NCBI RefSeq assembly: GCF_011386835.1
Contig: NC_088792.1
Coordinates: forward strand, 170,686,001-170,750,000
Reading direction: 5' to 3'
Length of the DNA: 64,000 nt
Origin: Chrysemys picta bellii
Lineage: Eukaryota
Part shown: in pieces, positions 1-12,594 of the stretch
How the letters are laid out: the number at the start of each line of letters is the position of its first letter
Position numbering within the stretch: the first letter of the stretch is position 1
Program-made: the position numbers and the translations under genes
Notes under the pieces: generated by a model
What the model was told of the DNA's origin: nothing
The model's database searches: none
What the model saw: only the letters and a program-made list of their open reading frames with translations

Positions 1-1639
1 AAGTCAACTGGAAAATGTCAAGACTGCTTGCTCATGTCTGCATCATCGCTGGGACTGCATTTTTATGAATACAAGATCTAAAGGTGTGTATAGCTAGCAA
101 AGTAGTACAGTTTATATATGAATTGCACCCTCCCGAAAAGTGTTTATAAGTAAATTTAGATTGTGCTTTTGAATGAGCAGAAAAACTGAACAGAAGAGTC
201 CCCTGCATATAAATATTGCCAGTTTTGAAAATTTTCACTGAGCAAAGAAATCATGCTTCACCGGCATGAAGAAACTTTTGATACTTCAAGACTACTCAAC
301 ATCCATTTCCTTCTAACATGGTTTGTTCTTTAGATCTAACAGAGATCTACAAAACATCAAATTTGAACCAAATAATTTTACTCTGAGAGTTCTGCATGAA
401 CAAGATTTCTCACTGGAATAAATGTGTTTGTAAACAAATAGGAGTCATGAACAGTACAGATTTTGGCAAAAATTTCCAAAACCAAGTCACTTGTTGGCAG
501 AAACCAGCCATGGAAAGTTTCAGCCCCTGAGCAGTCTGAAAAAGTTGAACAAGACTTGGGGGGAGCAAGAGAAGAATACTTATAATAGAAGATGCCTCAA
601 TTTTGGAAAGAAACTTGTATTTCTTTAATTAGAGAGAGAAACACTGAATAGAGTAGAAAAACAAGTGAAGAAAAAGACTGAATTAATTGCAGGAGGAAGA
701 GACGTAGGCAGAATGCCATTACACAAGTGGAAATTTGCCAGGTCACTGAAATGATCAATATTAGTCCTGCACAGAGTGCAATGGAAGCTTGAATGACCAC
801 AGCGGACAATCCCTCACATTTACATCCCTTCAGAAAGACAGCACCTCCCCCAACACAGTGTCTTCTAACAACATGCTGGTGCCTTAATTTAGCATTATTT
901 TAGAGGGAAGAGTTCCTCAATTACCAAATCACCAGCACCACTTCCTACTCGCTTTTGTGTTTTCCTTGGAGAACCTCAGTAAATGGAAGAACTTGAGGAT
1001 GGTTTTTTATTGTTATCTCTCATCCCATCACACTGATCTAATGTATATTGTCCTTTTGAGTATAATTTTGTGTAGATTAAAAGTCACAGGAGAATAGGAT
1101 TTAAGAGAAGACAGCTTTAAAAATATTGGGCTACTTAGAAATTATATTGAATAACCACAAAAGTCTTTAATTTAATCTTGTACTGCACATGTGTGTACAG
1201 TACACCACAACCATTTCCCAAGATGTAACATCCTTGATGTAACACCACTGATTACACTAAGGGATGAAACTGGCCCAGTACATCTGTCATTCACCCAGTG
1301 AATGGGGAAGGCTTACCAAGATAACTCAAGCCAAATTAAGTCTCTTAAAAATGACAAACAAAACAGGTTATAATTATAACTTTCCAAAGTGCAACCAGTT
1401 CTGCAGCACCAGAGGCCAACAGAGCCCACTCCTATGCTATGCTAATTCTGTGGAAGTCAAAACAGAAACAATCTGGAGACCAAAGCTTGAAATCCTAAAT
1501 ACAGCAGAATTACCTACATTGATTCAGTTCCTGGTAAGTGAATATTGCTGCATCTACAGAATTATAAGTGAGATACTATTCATCCACTTTGGCTAATAAC
1601 AGCTATTGGTAAAGAGTGGCTGTTGCTTTAACATAGGCT

Positions 1640-1893
1640 GCAGTGTAGACATAGCCTATGTCGGCAAAACTTATGTTGCTCAGGGGTGTGAATATTCCAC
1701 CCCTAAGCAACGTAAGTTACACCAATATAAGCACTTATGGGCACAGCGTTATGAAGTGGGAGAGCTTCTCCCTCTGACACAGCTTCTGCTGCTCATGTGG
1801 GTGGGGTCTTTTTATGCCGACGGGAGAACTCTTTCCCAGCAGCATAGAGCGTCTTTACCAGATACTCTGCAGTGGCGCAGTGTGACATGGCCT
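1640..1893. mobile_element. Degenerate Harbinger-type MITE
   Basis: gtgtagacatagcc motif and typical internal sequence; ends uncertain. Confidence 0.45.
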
Positions 1894-2544
1894 CACAATT
1901 TCTCTGGAATGAGCTTGGGGAAGGATGTCACCATCTTGTTGTTAGTTAAAGTTGCATGGATTTCTAAAGCGATGAAGCAAATTAGCACAACTCACAGGGT
2001 TAGCCAGCAAGGTCCCTGGTCTCAGAGAGAACTGTTCTATTTAAATCACAGGGGGGGAGTCAGATGAAAAATCCCTGCTTGTTCAGCAACCTCTGTCCCT
2101 TGTCTCTCTTAGGATGTTATAATTTCATTAGTTCTACTCCTGCAATAAGTAGACAAACCTGAAATATTTATAATATATATATTCCCCTGAACCCCGTGAC
2201 AAGCACCCTCCCATGTATTTTTCACACATTATGGAGCAGTAAAAAGGGCACAAGGCCTTTCTCCATCTCCCTCCCTTGCAGGTCATTAACTGACGACCTC
2301 ATGGGAGAAAGCGATCAGATACTGCATTATGTGGAAATCGACACATTACAAAGCAAAAGTTGTTTCAAGTAGTGCTGGTTCAAGTCATTACTAGCCTGTT
2401 CCCATGAAATGCCTGTAGTAACAATGTGGCAGCCAGTCCTGTACATGAGATCATTCCCACCATCCCTTTACGTCCAGCTCTTATGGGATGGTTCAGTGCT
2501 TCCATAGAGATATTCCCTTTCGGCAAAACTAAACTGCAACATTC

Positions 2545-2678
2545 TGAGTCATTGGAAATCTTTCTGTGGGAGGGGTGAAAGAAACACTATATATTCAGCC
2601 TACCATGTGTGTGAATTGTAGCAAACCCAAGAAAGACACTGAGTGCAAGACTTCATCCTTGAGCAAAACAAGGTATTG
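2545..2678 (+). promoter_or_regulatory. Candidate promoter and non-coding first exon of the SERPINB2-like gene
   Basis: AP-1 TGAGTCA 2545-2551, TATA-like TATATATT 2588-2595, donor-like AAG|GTATTG at 2673. Motif inspection only. Confidence 0.4.
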
Positions 2679-3989
2679 TAATTACTTCTATAGGTTCCAC
2701 ATTTTCATTCTCATGGATATACTGTGGTGTTGGTAAATGCATAGAAAGTATACGTGGAGGGACTTTGGATGAAAGCAATGTAGTAAGGAACATATTTTAA
2801 CAAGACAGCAGATACTGTCTAGAAGAGAGAGTTAACTTTAATCTCTTACAGAAAAATAAACAAGAAGGTCAAATTCTGTTGTGATTTACATTTAGACTTG
2901 GCAGAATTAGGTTGTTTTTTTTTTAAATTTTGTTGGATAATATCAATGTCCATTTTTCAGTATTTTTTAGATTTACATGGATTTAAATTGTCACTGTTGA
3001 GTGAAATTGGGGTGTGTGTGTCAGACAATTTTTTCATGACAGTAGATGTTGAGACTCAAATGTTAAAGCTTTCTAAACTGTTAAATACACAAACTGTCAA
3101 CATCAAAATATACAAAGTAAATATTCTTAAATCAACAAGCCATACCTATTTTTACTATTCCTTTTGTAGTTCATTTGTACCAAGCCTAATTCAAAAGTAT
3201 AAATCACTAATGTGTTCCCAAGCAGCATTTTTCTTACTTTGAGTACGTGTAATTTTGATTAGGATCGATGGAAATATTTTTTTCATCAGTTTGTGTGTAC
3301 GGTGAAATCAATGTTTACTGATAAAAATCTAATCTTTCCAAGCCTACTTATATTTTATGCAACTCCACTGAGTGATGTGTTAATTGGGGCAGAGTATGGA
3401 CCTGTGTATATATTAAAGTTACTGTATTCTAGTGTTATTATTTACATCAAAATAGTACTTACCTAGATTGTAAACTGTCTAGGGCATGGACTGTCTTTTT
3501 CAGCATTTGTGCTGTAGCTAGCTCAATGGGGTCCCTGCTCCATATCTGGGGCTGCAAAAAGTAATACAAATAATAAATAATAATACTGCATATATTTGTA
3601 ATCTACCTCCTCCCCACACAGACACCAAAAGGAATTCTTGCCCTGAAGAGCTGGAAATCTAATAGTATGCATGAGTACCATTCAGAAAAATAAAATACTG
3701 AATAAGTCAGAGTGATTACAGATTGTTACAGCCGGAATGTTTCTCAGAAGGGATAGGATTTCAGGAGATTTTTGAAAGACAAGAAAGGAATACATGGTAT
3801 TTGACATATAGTAGTTGGCAGTCTAGCTCACTGAATATAGCAAAGTGTTCAGAAACATTCTGAATGGTTGATCAATTTGACCATGTTTGTTTCTGATTTA
3901 TTCACTCTTTACAAACATCCAAGTCAAAGGGCTTTTGTTTGCACAAACAGGAACATTGGAATTGCCCCAAACAATTGTATCAGGGGTTC

Positions 3990-4350
3990 ATTTAGTCTAG
4001 TATCCTGTCTGTAGCCGTGGCTAATACCAGATGCTGCAGAGGAAAGCGCAAGAAGTCCCACGGTGGCCAACTATGGAATAACTTGCAAAAGAGGAAGCTT
4101 CTTCCTAACCCAGTTAGTTGCAGGCATATGCAATGACCCATGAGGGGTTAACCCTTATAATATTTTTATCGTAGCTAAAGTAGCTATTTAATGTTCTCAT
4201 TAGCCATATAACCATCTAATTCTCTCTTGAATCCTACTAAGTTCTTGATGACTCAATGGTACCTGTGGTAATGAACTCCATGGGTAAATTTGTGCATTGT
4301 GTAAAGATTTTTCCTTTATTACTTTAAATTTATTACCATTCAGTTTCATT
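3990..4350 (-). mobile_element. CR1 LINE 3' fragment
   Basis: Reverse complement contains gcatctggtattagccac...gacaggatactagactaaa, the CR1 3' tail also seen at 11340-11445. Confidence 0.6.
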
Positions 4351-4498
4351 AAGTTCTCCTTCTTCCCTCTGTTATAAAAAAAGGAGCTGTTCTGTGTGCA
4401 TCTACCTATTTCACTATACACTATGTAATCAAGGAATAGAAAATTACATGCAACTTAGATGGCCAATCATATACCATGAATAACAGATAGCAGATGGT

Positions 4499-4927
4499 AT
4501 CAGAGGGGTAGCCATGTTAGTCTGAATCTGTAAAAAGCAATAGAGGGTCCTGTGGCACCTTTAAGACTGAGGTTACATCTACACTACAGGGGGAGTCGAT
4601 TTAAGATACGCAAATTCAGCTACGTGAATAGCATAGCTGAATTCGACGTATCGCAGCCGACTTACCCCGCTGTGAGGACGGCGGCAAAATCGACTTCTGC
4701 GGTTTTCTGTCGACTGCGCTTACTCCCACCTCCGCTGGTGGAGTAAGAGCGTCGATTCGGGGATCGATTGTCGCGTCCCAACGGGACGCGATAAATCGAT
4801 CCCCGAGAGGTCGATTTCTACCCGCCGATTCAGGCGGGTAGTGTAGACCTAGCCTAACAGAAGTATTGCTTCCAATACTTCTGTTAGTCTTAAAGGTGCC
4901 ACAGGACCCTCTATTGCTTTTTACAGA
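4499..4927. mobile_element. Penelope-derived palindromic fragment with a nested MITE
   Basis: Once the MITE is removed, 55-bp arms form a perfect inverted repeat (4527 onward versus 4873-4927, loop CTTC); flanking direct repeat acagatagcagatggt at 4483-4498 and 4923-4938. Confidence 0.8.
4571..4854. mobile_element. PIF/Harbinger-type MITE
   Basis: Termini GGTTACATCTACACTAC / GTAGTGTAGACCTAGCC, 3-bp TSD TGA/TAA, many intact CpGs. Confidence 0.8.
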
Positions 4928-5404
4928 TAGCAGATGGTTGAAGTGAGCAGCCCATAGACTCCTGAGAGACTAAAATGTGTTCCTTCAACTTCCAGAGCTT
5001 CCTTCAGTTCAAAACAAAATACTATACACAATGCGGAAAAAGCCAGCAGAACTCATTGCCACAAGGTATCTTTGGGTCACATCTATAAATAAAATCAATA
5101 TCCTCTATCAGAGGCCTTTTGAAAAGAAAAGGCTTAACACATACTGTAGAAGGGTCTCTATGAAATAACTGAAGTGAGGGAAATGTGTTTTAACACAGAC
5201 ACGTAGCACATACTAAGGTCCAAATGACTATTTAGCTGCCTGCACTGAAAAGCTTAGCTCTCAGGGTAGCTGCACCTCAGAAACTTTCAAATCACTTTAA
5301 TTTCTTCAGTAGGAAATAGGGTTGGGCAGCAATCACCAGTATTACGCAATGAGCTGCCAGCTGGAGATGTATTTTCTTTTCTCTCACTTTCCAGGTTTCA
5401 AATA

Positions 5405-5572
5405 ATGGAATCTCTGAATGTGGCAAACACTGGTTTTGCCCTCGACCTTTTCAAACATGAGTGTAAGACACAAGCCAACACAAATATCTTGTTTTCCCCT
5501 TGGAGTATTTCAACTACCCTGGCCACTGTGTACCTTGGAGCCAAAGGTAACACTGCAGATCAGATGGCAAAG
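5405..5572 (+). CDS. SERPINB2: SERPINB2 (PAI-2)-like serpin, coding exon 1 of 7 ([18 protein letters not shown]...NTADQMAK)
   Basis: Acceptor ccag|gtttca at 5394/5395, ATG 5405, donor AG|GTAAGT at 5573; 168 nt = 56 codons, the standard clade B first coding exon. VANT.FAL.LFKH and DQMAK resemble PAI-2. Confidence 0.85.
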
Positions 5573-5997
5573 GTAAGTTGGGACTACAGAGAATGTCAGC
5601 TTTTGAGAAATGCCACTACTATTGAGTAACATGCGTTGTACAACAGCTGGTGCTTACTGATGTGGGTGAGGGACTGTTGTATTAATTTAGATGGAATATA
5701 TAGAGGCCGAAAGAGTCAAATTTGTTAACATGATTCTGTCGCTGTCCAACATCAAACAATTTAAAACAAGGTTTGGAGGTTGGTATACAGAGACCACAGC
5801 CAGCCTGGTACCAGGGCAAACACACCACTAAAAATCCTTTAAACCTTTTATTAAAGATACAGAAAAGAAGAAACAATAGTTAATATATTTAAAAAGGCTT
5901 TTATTTTAACAGCATCCCTTGTTTTCTTTCCCTTTAGCTGAAGACAGAACCTCCCCTAGTCTGACAGCCTTTTAAATGGTGTTAAAGATTACACCAA

Positions 5998-6226
5998 GGC
6001 GTTGTCTACACTACGGGGGGGGGGGGGGGTAAGTTGACCTAAGTTACGCAACTCCAGATATGTGAATAATGTAGCTGGAATTGAGGTACCTTAGATCGTC
6101 TTACAGCGGTGTCTACACCGTGCTGGGTCGACAGGATCCGTTCTCTGGTCAAATTCCCTTAATCTTCTCATTCCAGTGAAGTGCCTGAATTGACAAGAGA
6201 GTGATCACAGCAGTGTAGACATGCCC
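5998..6226. mobile_element. PIF/Harbinger-type MITE, same family as 4571-4854
   Basis: ggcgttgtctacactac ... gtgtagacatgccc, flanked by CAA/TAA. Confidence 0.7.
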
Positions 6227-6943
6227 TAATTGTCTGTCTGGGGAAAAGAGAAGAAGTTTGCTGAGATGGGCTGGAGCTGTCATTGTTGCCGTTGTTGTTA
6301 AAGTATAATCCTCTTTCCTAGAAGACAAAACAAGACAAACAAAAGGGGAAAGAAAAGAACATCAAAGATAGAAAATGCAGCTTCTGTCTCTGGCTTTGAC
6401 TCTCACTTGAAACCTCACTGCTGGAGAAACACAGGCACAGCTCATGATCTTGTCAGCCACTTGGAGACTTGTACAAGTATCAGGCTGTTTTGGGCATTGC
6501 TTTTAGCTGCCTTTCTGGCCTCAGTCTTACAGCAGTGTTGCAAAACATACAGTCCTGACTGGCCAGAAATAAGGTGGAGAAGGAAAAGGACACAAAAAGA
6601 GTGCGAGTGTGAAGGGGGAGTGAGAAAGAGGCAGTCTTACATCTTAGGTGGTGTTTGGGATTCAGCTGGAGCAGGTGGCGAGGTCACTTGGGTCCCCTTT
6701 CTTGGCCCAGTCTGGTCAGGACATCTCTCGAGATTAGGAAGAAAAAGGCACAATGGTGTCATGCTAGATCCTGGGGTCCCAGGAGACAGAGGGGTGGCAG
6801 CTGTAATGGTGACATTCACTTTTTCCCCTTCTCTTGTCTTTCAGTCAGTCACCAATCACATCCATCTGCCTTCCCCTCCCAGTCCCAAAGGCTCTTTTCT
6901 TTTAAGAACCCCAAGAGGGACTGAAGGGTGGTCTACCCCATCC

Positions 6944-7518
6944 CATAGGCGAAGCGTAGCGAGGGGCAGGGGCATGCAGAGGCAAGTGCTGCCCCTTCCC
7001 CCCCTTCCCCGATTTTGGCGAGTGCCGAGCTGCCCATGCAGGGCTTGCTCTGTTCGGCCTGCCACCAAGGGAGGGCGGCTCTGTCCTTCTCTTGCAGTAC
7101 CTCTCCCTGGGCACTTCCAGCTCACTGGGCCCCTCCCCCAATCGCCCGGGCCAGGCAGGGAGCTGAGGGAATGGAGCCACTTCTCATGCCAGCTGACTCC
7201 ACTCAGGATCACTGTCTGCATGAGATCCCGGCTGGGGAGGCGGTGGCAGCAGCCCCCCCAACTCCGATCCCTGCCTGGGCCCAGCTGCCGGGGACAGGGG
7301 CCAAATGAGCCGGAAACGTAATGCGGGGAGGACAGGACTCCAGCTTGTGCTACCCGTTCCTGTGTCCCCAGACTCCCAGGAGCTGGCAGGATTGGCTGCT
7401 CTGGCCCAGGGAGGTGGGGCTTGAACTTCTTCCCAGAGGCAACACATGGAGTGGTCATGTGCCCCCCCTTTACATTGTGTGCCCCACCCACAGTATCATC
7501 AGGCATGAGTTGTCTATG
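6944..7518. mobile_element. Non-autonomous hAT element
   Basis: TIR CATAGGCGA / TTGTCTATG, perfect 8-bp TSD CCCCATCC (6936-6943, 7519-7526). Confidence 0.85.
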
Positions 7519-8630
7519 CCCCATCCCTCATTATTTTGTTTGCCAGTTAAGATCTGACACACCAGTTTTGGTCCAGTGATTTCCAGTCCCCGGCTTTTCT
7601 TGTTTTCGAGGCAAGATCTTAACACAGTCCTTAAGTTGCAGACATGGGCCTTTTTGTTGCGAGTAATTCAGTCTGTCTCCCTTTTGCAACTTTTCCTATC
7701 AACATCTGTTGTTATAGGTTATTGTGACACTTTACAAGCTCTCACTCACTTTTCACAGTTGAGCTCACAATTAGGATAATTTGGGAGGCCCAATTATTAC
7801 AAGAGGATTGTGGCTGGGATCATAGAGAGAGACAGGTATGCTAGCTGCGGTCTTTGAGGTGCACTGCCCTCTCACTGTGCTTAAAGTTCTGCCCTCTCCC
7901 TCCCCCTCTGAGAGGCCTGCCTTCTCAACCCTCCCTCCTACAAGGGGCAAGGACCTCCCCCAGATTCCACCTAGCTCAGACACGAACACCCCTCACCTCC
8001 TCTGCCCCTGAGGTCAACGACTCCTTTCACCAAGCATATCTCATTCCCCTTAAACCATCTGCTCCTGGCGCTAAGGCTTAACCCTCCCGCCCCCAATGCT
8101 GCATAGCGCTTTACTGACCCACACACATGCTAGCTTGTTGTTACATATTTTGGATGGTGCAGCTATACTTCTCGTTTCTAGAAAATTGGTAGCTATGGGT
8201 GTTTACAAGATGCTACAAGGAGGGCTAAAGGTAGTGTTCTACACACTATTCAGTCAGGCAGAAACTGGAATAAAAGACCCCTTCAAGCTCGGACTGGAGC
8301 CCGTGCGCTGGGATCCTTCTCCCTCACAGGGACCCTCCCAGAGCTCAGGCTCCAGCCCAAGCCCCAGTGCCTACACTTCAGTTTTACAGCCCTGAAGCCC
8401 AAGCTGTGCAAGCCCAAGTGAGCTGACCCCACCAACCACAGGTGTTTAACTGCTGTCTAGCCGTACCCTAAGTGACTAGCCTAAGACCACACAGCAAGTT
8501 GGGGCAGAGGCAAGAACAGAACCAAGATCCAGGTCTCCTGACCCCAAGTCTTCTGCTTTAACCATAAGATCTTACATATCAAGTGATCTATCTCTCACTG
8601 CTTCTATTCTGTTTGCAATTCTCATTGTAG

Positions 8631-8738
8631 GTGCTTCACTTTAACAAAGTTGGAGGAGCTGGAGTTGACATCACAACCGTAAAACCACGACGAGCCTATT
8701 CCAAAATGGAGGAGCTTCCATGTATCAGTGTTAAAAAG
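8631..8738 (+). CDS. SERPINB2: SERPINB2-like coding exon 2, CD-loop exon (VLHFNKVGGAGVDITTVKPRRAYSKMEELPCISVKK)
   Basis: Acceptor ttgtag|GTG at 8630/8631, donor AAG|GTATGT at 8739; 108 nt, open, phase 0/0; starts VLHFNKVG like PAI-2 VLQFNEVG. Not in the ORF track. Confidence 0.85.
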
Positions 8739-10041
8739 GTATGTCTAAGGTGTCCAAGTTATAGGCATATAACTTTTATAACTTAATATAGTCTTTTTTA
8801 GACTGCCTTTCCTTCCATGTTTGAATTCACTTTGGTTTGCCTTTCTCCTGTTAAATGTACACAATGAATGAGTATGGTATTCTGAGAGGTTTCCTCCTGT
8901 AATATTGTCCCTGATACAACAAGAGAGACATCCTTCCCTTTTATGTAAATTGCAAAAGGTGTGACTTGTATTTCCTCATTTGAGGGACTCCGCAGAGTTG
9001 TGACCATTCTCTGTGGTTCTTTGCCTTTCTCTTTTTTAAATTTGTGGGGTTTCCCTTTTTTGTTATTGTTAAATTTCTAGCTATTGAATATTAAAGTGTG
9101 CTCTGCACTCTTAAAGACATGATCCCTGCTTACAACAGCATCAAGGCTGCTCTCACACATGTAAATGCAGTGCTGGGTGAAATTAAGATATTATTGGCTC
9201 ACACAAGAGACATGCCTGTGAGAGTTTGAGAGGGAGGGATTTTCCCCATGACAATGCTAAAGAAATACACTGCTGTGCTGAAATGTTAGATCAAATTATT
9301 CTGCTGGGTGTAAATGGGCATAAAAAATCATGTTAGAGAATATTTCTATGGCACCCTGAAAAGTCCTTTATCAGTCATTTTAGTGTTAGATAGAGAGTGC
9401 TTGAGTCATCATTTTTGGTGCAAGGGAGAGCAAATCACAATCCTCTCCGCCCCTGCTGCATCTCTGGTAGGATTCCCCAATGGTGGAGGAGAGATGGTCT
9501 TTTCACTAACTCCCTACCCTACAGTTCAGCACCTGTAAAGTGTGGCTGGCTATACAAAAGACCTGACAGCGGATGATGGTCAAGAGTGTTAATTAACCAG
9601 TGCATTTGACAGCCAAACTCTTCCTAGCCAACACCACCCACCTTTGGGGCTCTCCTGACAAGCCAAAGACCCCACTAGTGGAGAAAGGGTTTACTTTCTG
9701 CCAGTAGGAGCTCATCATACAGACTGGCATAAAGCCCAGTGTCTAGCTCTAACTGCTCCCTCTCTGTTAGCAATTAGAGCTCATACCGTTTGCAACAGGA
9801 TATCATCATTTTGAGATTATGGAAGTGCTGCAAGTGGGGTTGAGGGAACTTCCTGTGTGTTTAGAAATTTCAAATTGTTTCATACATCCTTCACTGTCAT
9901 ATGCTTGTAGGATATGAATGTACTATGATCCCAAATTCTGAGACACCCTGCATTTTTTGAACACTGATACAATCTTTATTTCTCTAATTTATTTTCTATA
10001 GTAAGTTTAATGGATTGTATTTCCTGTACTTTTCCCTCAAT

Positions 10042-11445
10042 AGCATTTTTTAAAAAGACTCCAGAGGTGATCCTGGCAATTACAGACCTAACTTCAGTAC
10101 CAGGCCAATTGGTTGAAATTATACTAAAAAACAGAATGATCAGACGCAATATGTTGAAAGAGTCAACACAGCTTTTGTAAAAGGATATCATGCCTCACCA
10201 ATCTATTCGAATTTTTTGAGGGGGTCAACAACATGTGGATAAGGGTGATCCAGTGGATATAGTGTACTTGGGCTCTCCGAAAGCCTTTGACAAGGTTGCT
10301 CAGCAAAGGCTTTTATGCAAAGTAAGCAGCCGTGGGATAAGAGGGAAGGTTCTCTCATAAAACAGTAACTGGTTAAAAAGACAGGAAACGAAGGGTAAGA
10401 ATAAACTGTCAGTTTTCACAGTGGAGAGAGGTAAATAGCGGGTCACCTGAGGATCTGTATTGGGACCAGTGCTATTCAACATATTTATAAATTATCCAGG
10501 GGAGGGAGGGGGGTGGAGAGTAAGTTTGCAGACAATACAAAATTATTCAAGATAATAGTGTTCAAAGCTGACTGCAAAGGATCTCACAAAACTGGGTGAC
10601 TGAGCAAGAAAATGGCAGATGAAATTCAATGTTGAGAAATGCAAAGTAATGCACATCAGAAAACTAATCCCAGGTGTACATAGAAAATGATGGTGTCTAA
10701 ATTAGCTCTTATCATTCATGAAAGGGATCTTGTGGCTAGTTCTCTGAAAACATCTGCTCAGTGTGTAGAGACAGTGAAAAAACAATGTTAGAAACCAATG
10801 GGAATGGGATAGATAATAAGACAGGAAATTACATAATGCCAGAGATAATGCAACAGAGAATGGCAACAAAAATGCTTAAGGGTATGGAACAGCTTCTATA
10901 AAAGGGGAGATTAAAAAGACAGAGACAGTTCATCTGGGAAAAGAGATGGCTGGGGAGGGTGGGGGGATATGTTAGAGGCCCTTAAAATCATGAATGGTGT
11001 GAAGAAAGTGAATAAGGAAATGTTATTTACCTCTTCACAGATCCCAAGAATCAGGAGTTACCCAATGAGATTAATACACAGCAGGTTTAAAACAAACATA
11101 AGGAAGTACTTCTTTAGACAGCACACAGTCAACCTGTGGAACTTGTTGCCAGGGGATGTTGTGAAGGCCAAAAATATAACTGGGTTCAAAAAAGACTTAG
11201 ATAAGTTCATGGAGGATAGAGGATAGGTCCATCAATGGCTATTAGCCAAGATGGCAAGGGACATGACCCCATGCTCTGGGTTTCCCTAAACCTCTGACTG
11301 CCAGAAGCTGGGACTGGATGACAGGGGATGGATCACTCGTTACATTCTGTTAATTCCTTCTGAAGCATCTGGCACTGGCCACTGTCCAAAGCCAGGATCC
11401 TGGGCTAGATGGATCATTGCTCTGATCCAGTGTGGCTATTCTTAT
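10042..11445 (+). mobile_element. Decayed CR1 LINE (RT region to 3' tail) in SERPINB2-like intron
   Basis: PGNYRP-like start, KAFDKV, SVLGPVLFNIFIN, RFKTNIRKYFF...NLWNLLP, and tail ending attcttat. Confidence 0.9.
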
Positions 11446-12048
11446 CTTCATATATTCTTAACTCTCATAGGTAATAAGCACCTTGCACTGTGCCCAAAAT
11501 TACTGACTTCCTGCTTAACTTCCTTAAATAAGTTGACATCATAATTTTACCTGCTTCATGTGCAACAATACAAACAGTTTTCAAACTAATACTATCAGCC
11601 AATATTGGAATCACTAGTTCTACACATTTGGGGCCAACTTTCAATGTGATATATAGGAATTTTTGGTTATAGGACTTTCATAAATGCTAATGGGCATCAC
11701 ATAGCTAAGTCTCCAGGCATTGTGCAGAAACTGTACTATCACTGTCTCTGTGCGTATGCTTTGTTTTTTAATAATTTCTCTAGATAACTTTATATTTCAG
11801 TGTATTACAGAGCTCCCTCTTGCTCACACTGTCTATGGTGTGTCCACTGTGTGGAGATTTTATTGATAGGTTTAGTGCCCCTCATTCATATCAACACACA
11901 GTTCACAAAAAATTACTTGAGTAACTGTACAGGATATTACATGCAACTGTCACCAGTGGAGCTATGTACAATATATGATATTAGAAGTTCTGAATCACTT
12001 TCTTAGAATCGCAGATAAATAACCAGAATATTTCTTCCTTCTTTCAAG

Positions 12049-12183
12049 GCCAATCTGGAGAACTCAAGCAATATCCATGCAGGGTTTCAGGCACTTAGCT
12101 CTGAAATTAACCAACCCACTAAAAATTACTTGCTTAAAAGTGTCAACCAGATATATGGAGAAAAATCATCACTTTTCAATAAA
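12049..12183 (+). CDS. SERPINB2: SERPINB2-like coding exon 3 (ANLENSSNIHAGFQALSSEINQPTKNYLLKSVNQIYGEKSSLFNK)
   Basis: Polypyrimidine tract + caag|GCC at 12048/12049, donor AAA|GTAAGT at 12184; 135 nt; helix D / NYLLxSVN motif. Confidence 0.9.
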
Positions 12184-12594
12184 GTAAGTGAAGCAGTTCA
12201 TCTATCTGTGTAATAGGGATACAATTCATCTTTATGATTGGTCTATGACAACAAACCATACAAGACCTAAATGCAAATATTTTAATTACATCTGCAAAAT
12301 GGTTTATTATCCTTTAAGATTTATTTCTCACTGACTTTATAGATACTCATATCAAGATTACAGGTATTCTTTTTATTTGCTTTTCTGGACTGGACTGTAT
12401 CTATACATGAACATTCATAGATGAGTAAATGATTGATAACATATATAACTAAAAACATTTTGCTTCTCTGAAGACAGAGCTTTATGCTCCTAGTAAACTG
12501 TGTCATAACATGAACTCTCTTTTCTATTTGGCAGTAGTTGGCACAGATATATTGCTAAATAATATGTAAGACTTGTCTCTCTCTTGCCTTGAAG

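Larger units (their letters stand above)
5737..7729 (-). mobile_element. LTR-like repeat hosting two nested DNA elements
   Basis: Ends tgtgaca at 7729, minus-strand AATAAAA near 5847, interrupted by MITEs; no TSD found and the left end is uncertain. Confidence 0.35.

Noticed and set aside
1-2400. 3' end of an upstream serpin gene
   Set aside because: No serpin terminal exon or motif was seen; appears intergenic.
6407-7557. 304-aa and overlapping ORFs
   Set aside because: They run across a GC-rich hAT element bounded by a perfect TSD; low-complexity translation with no recognisable domain.
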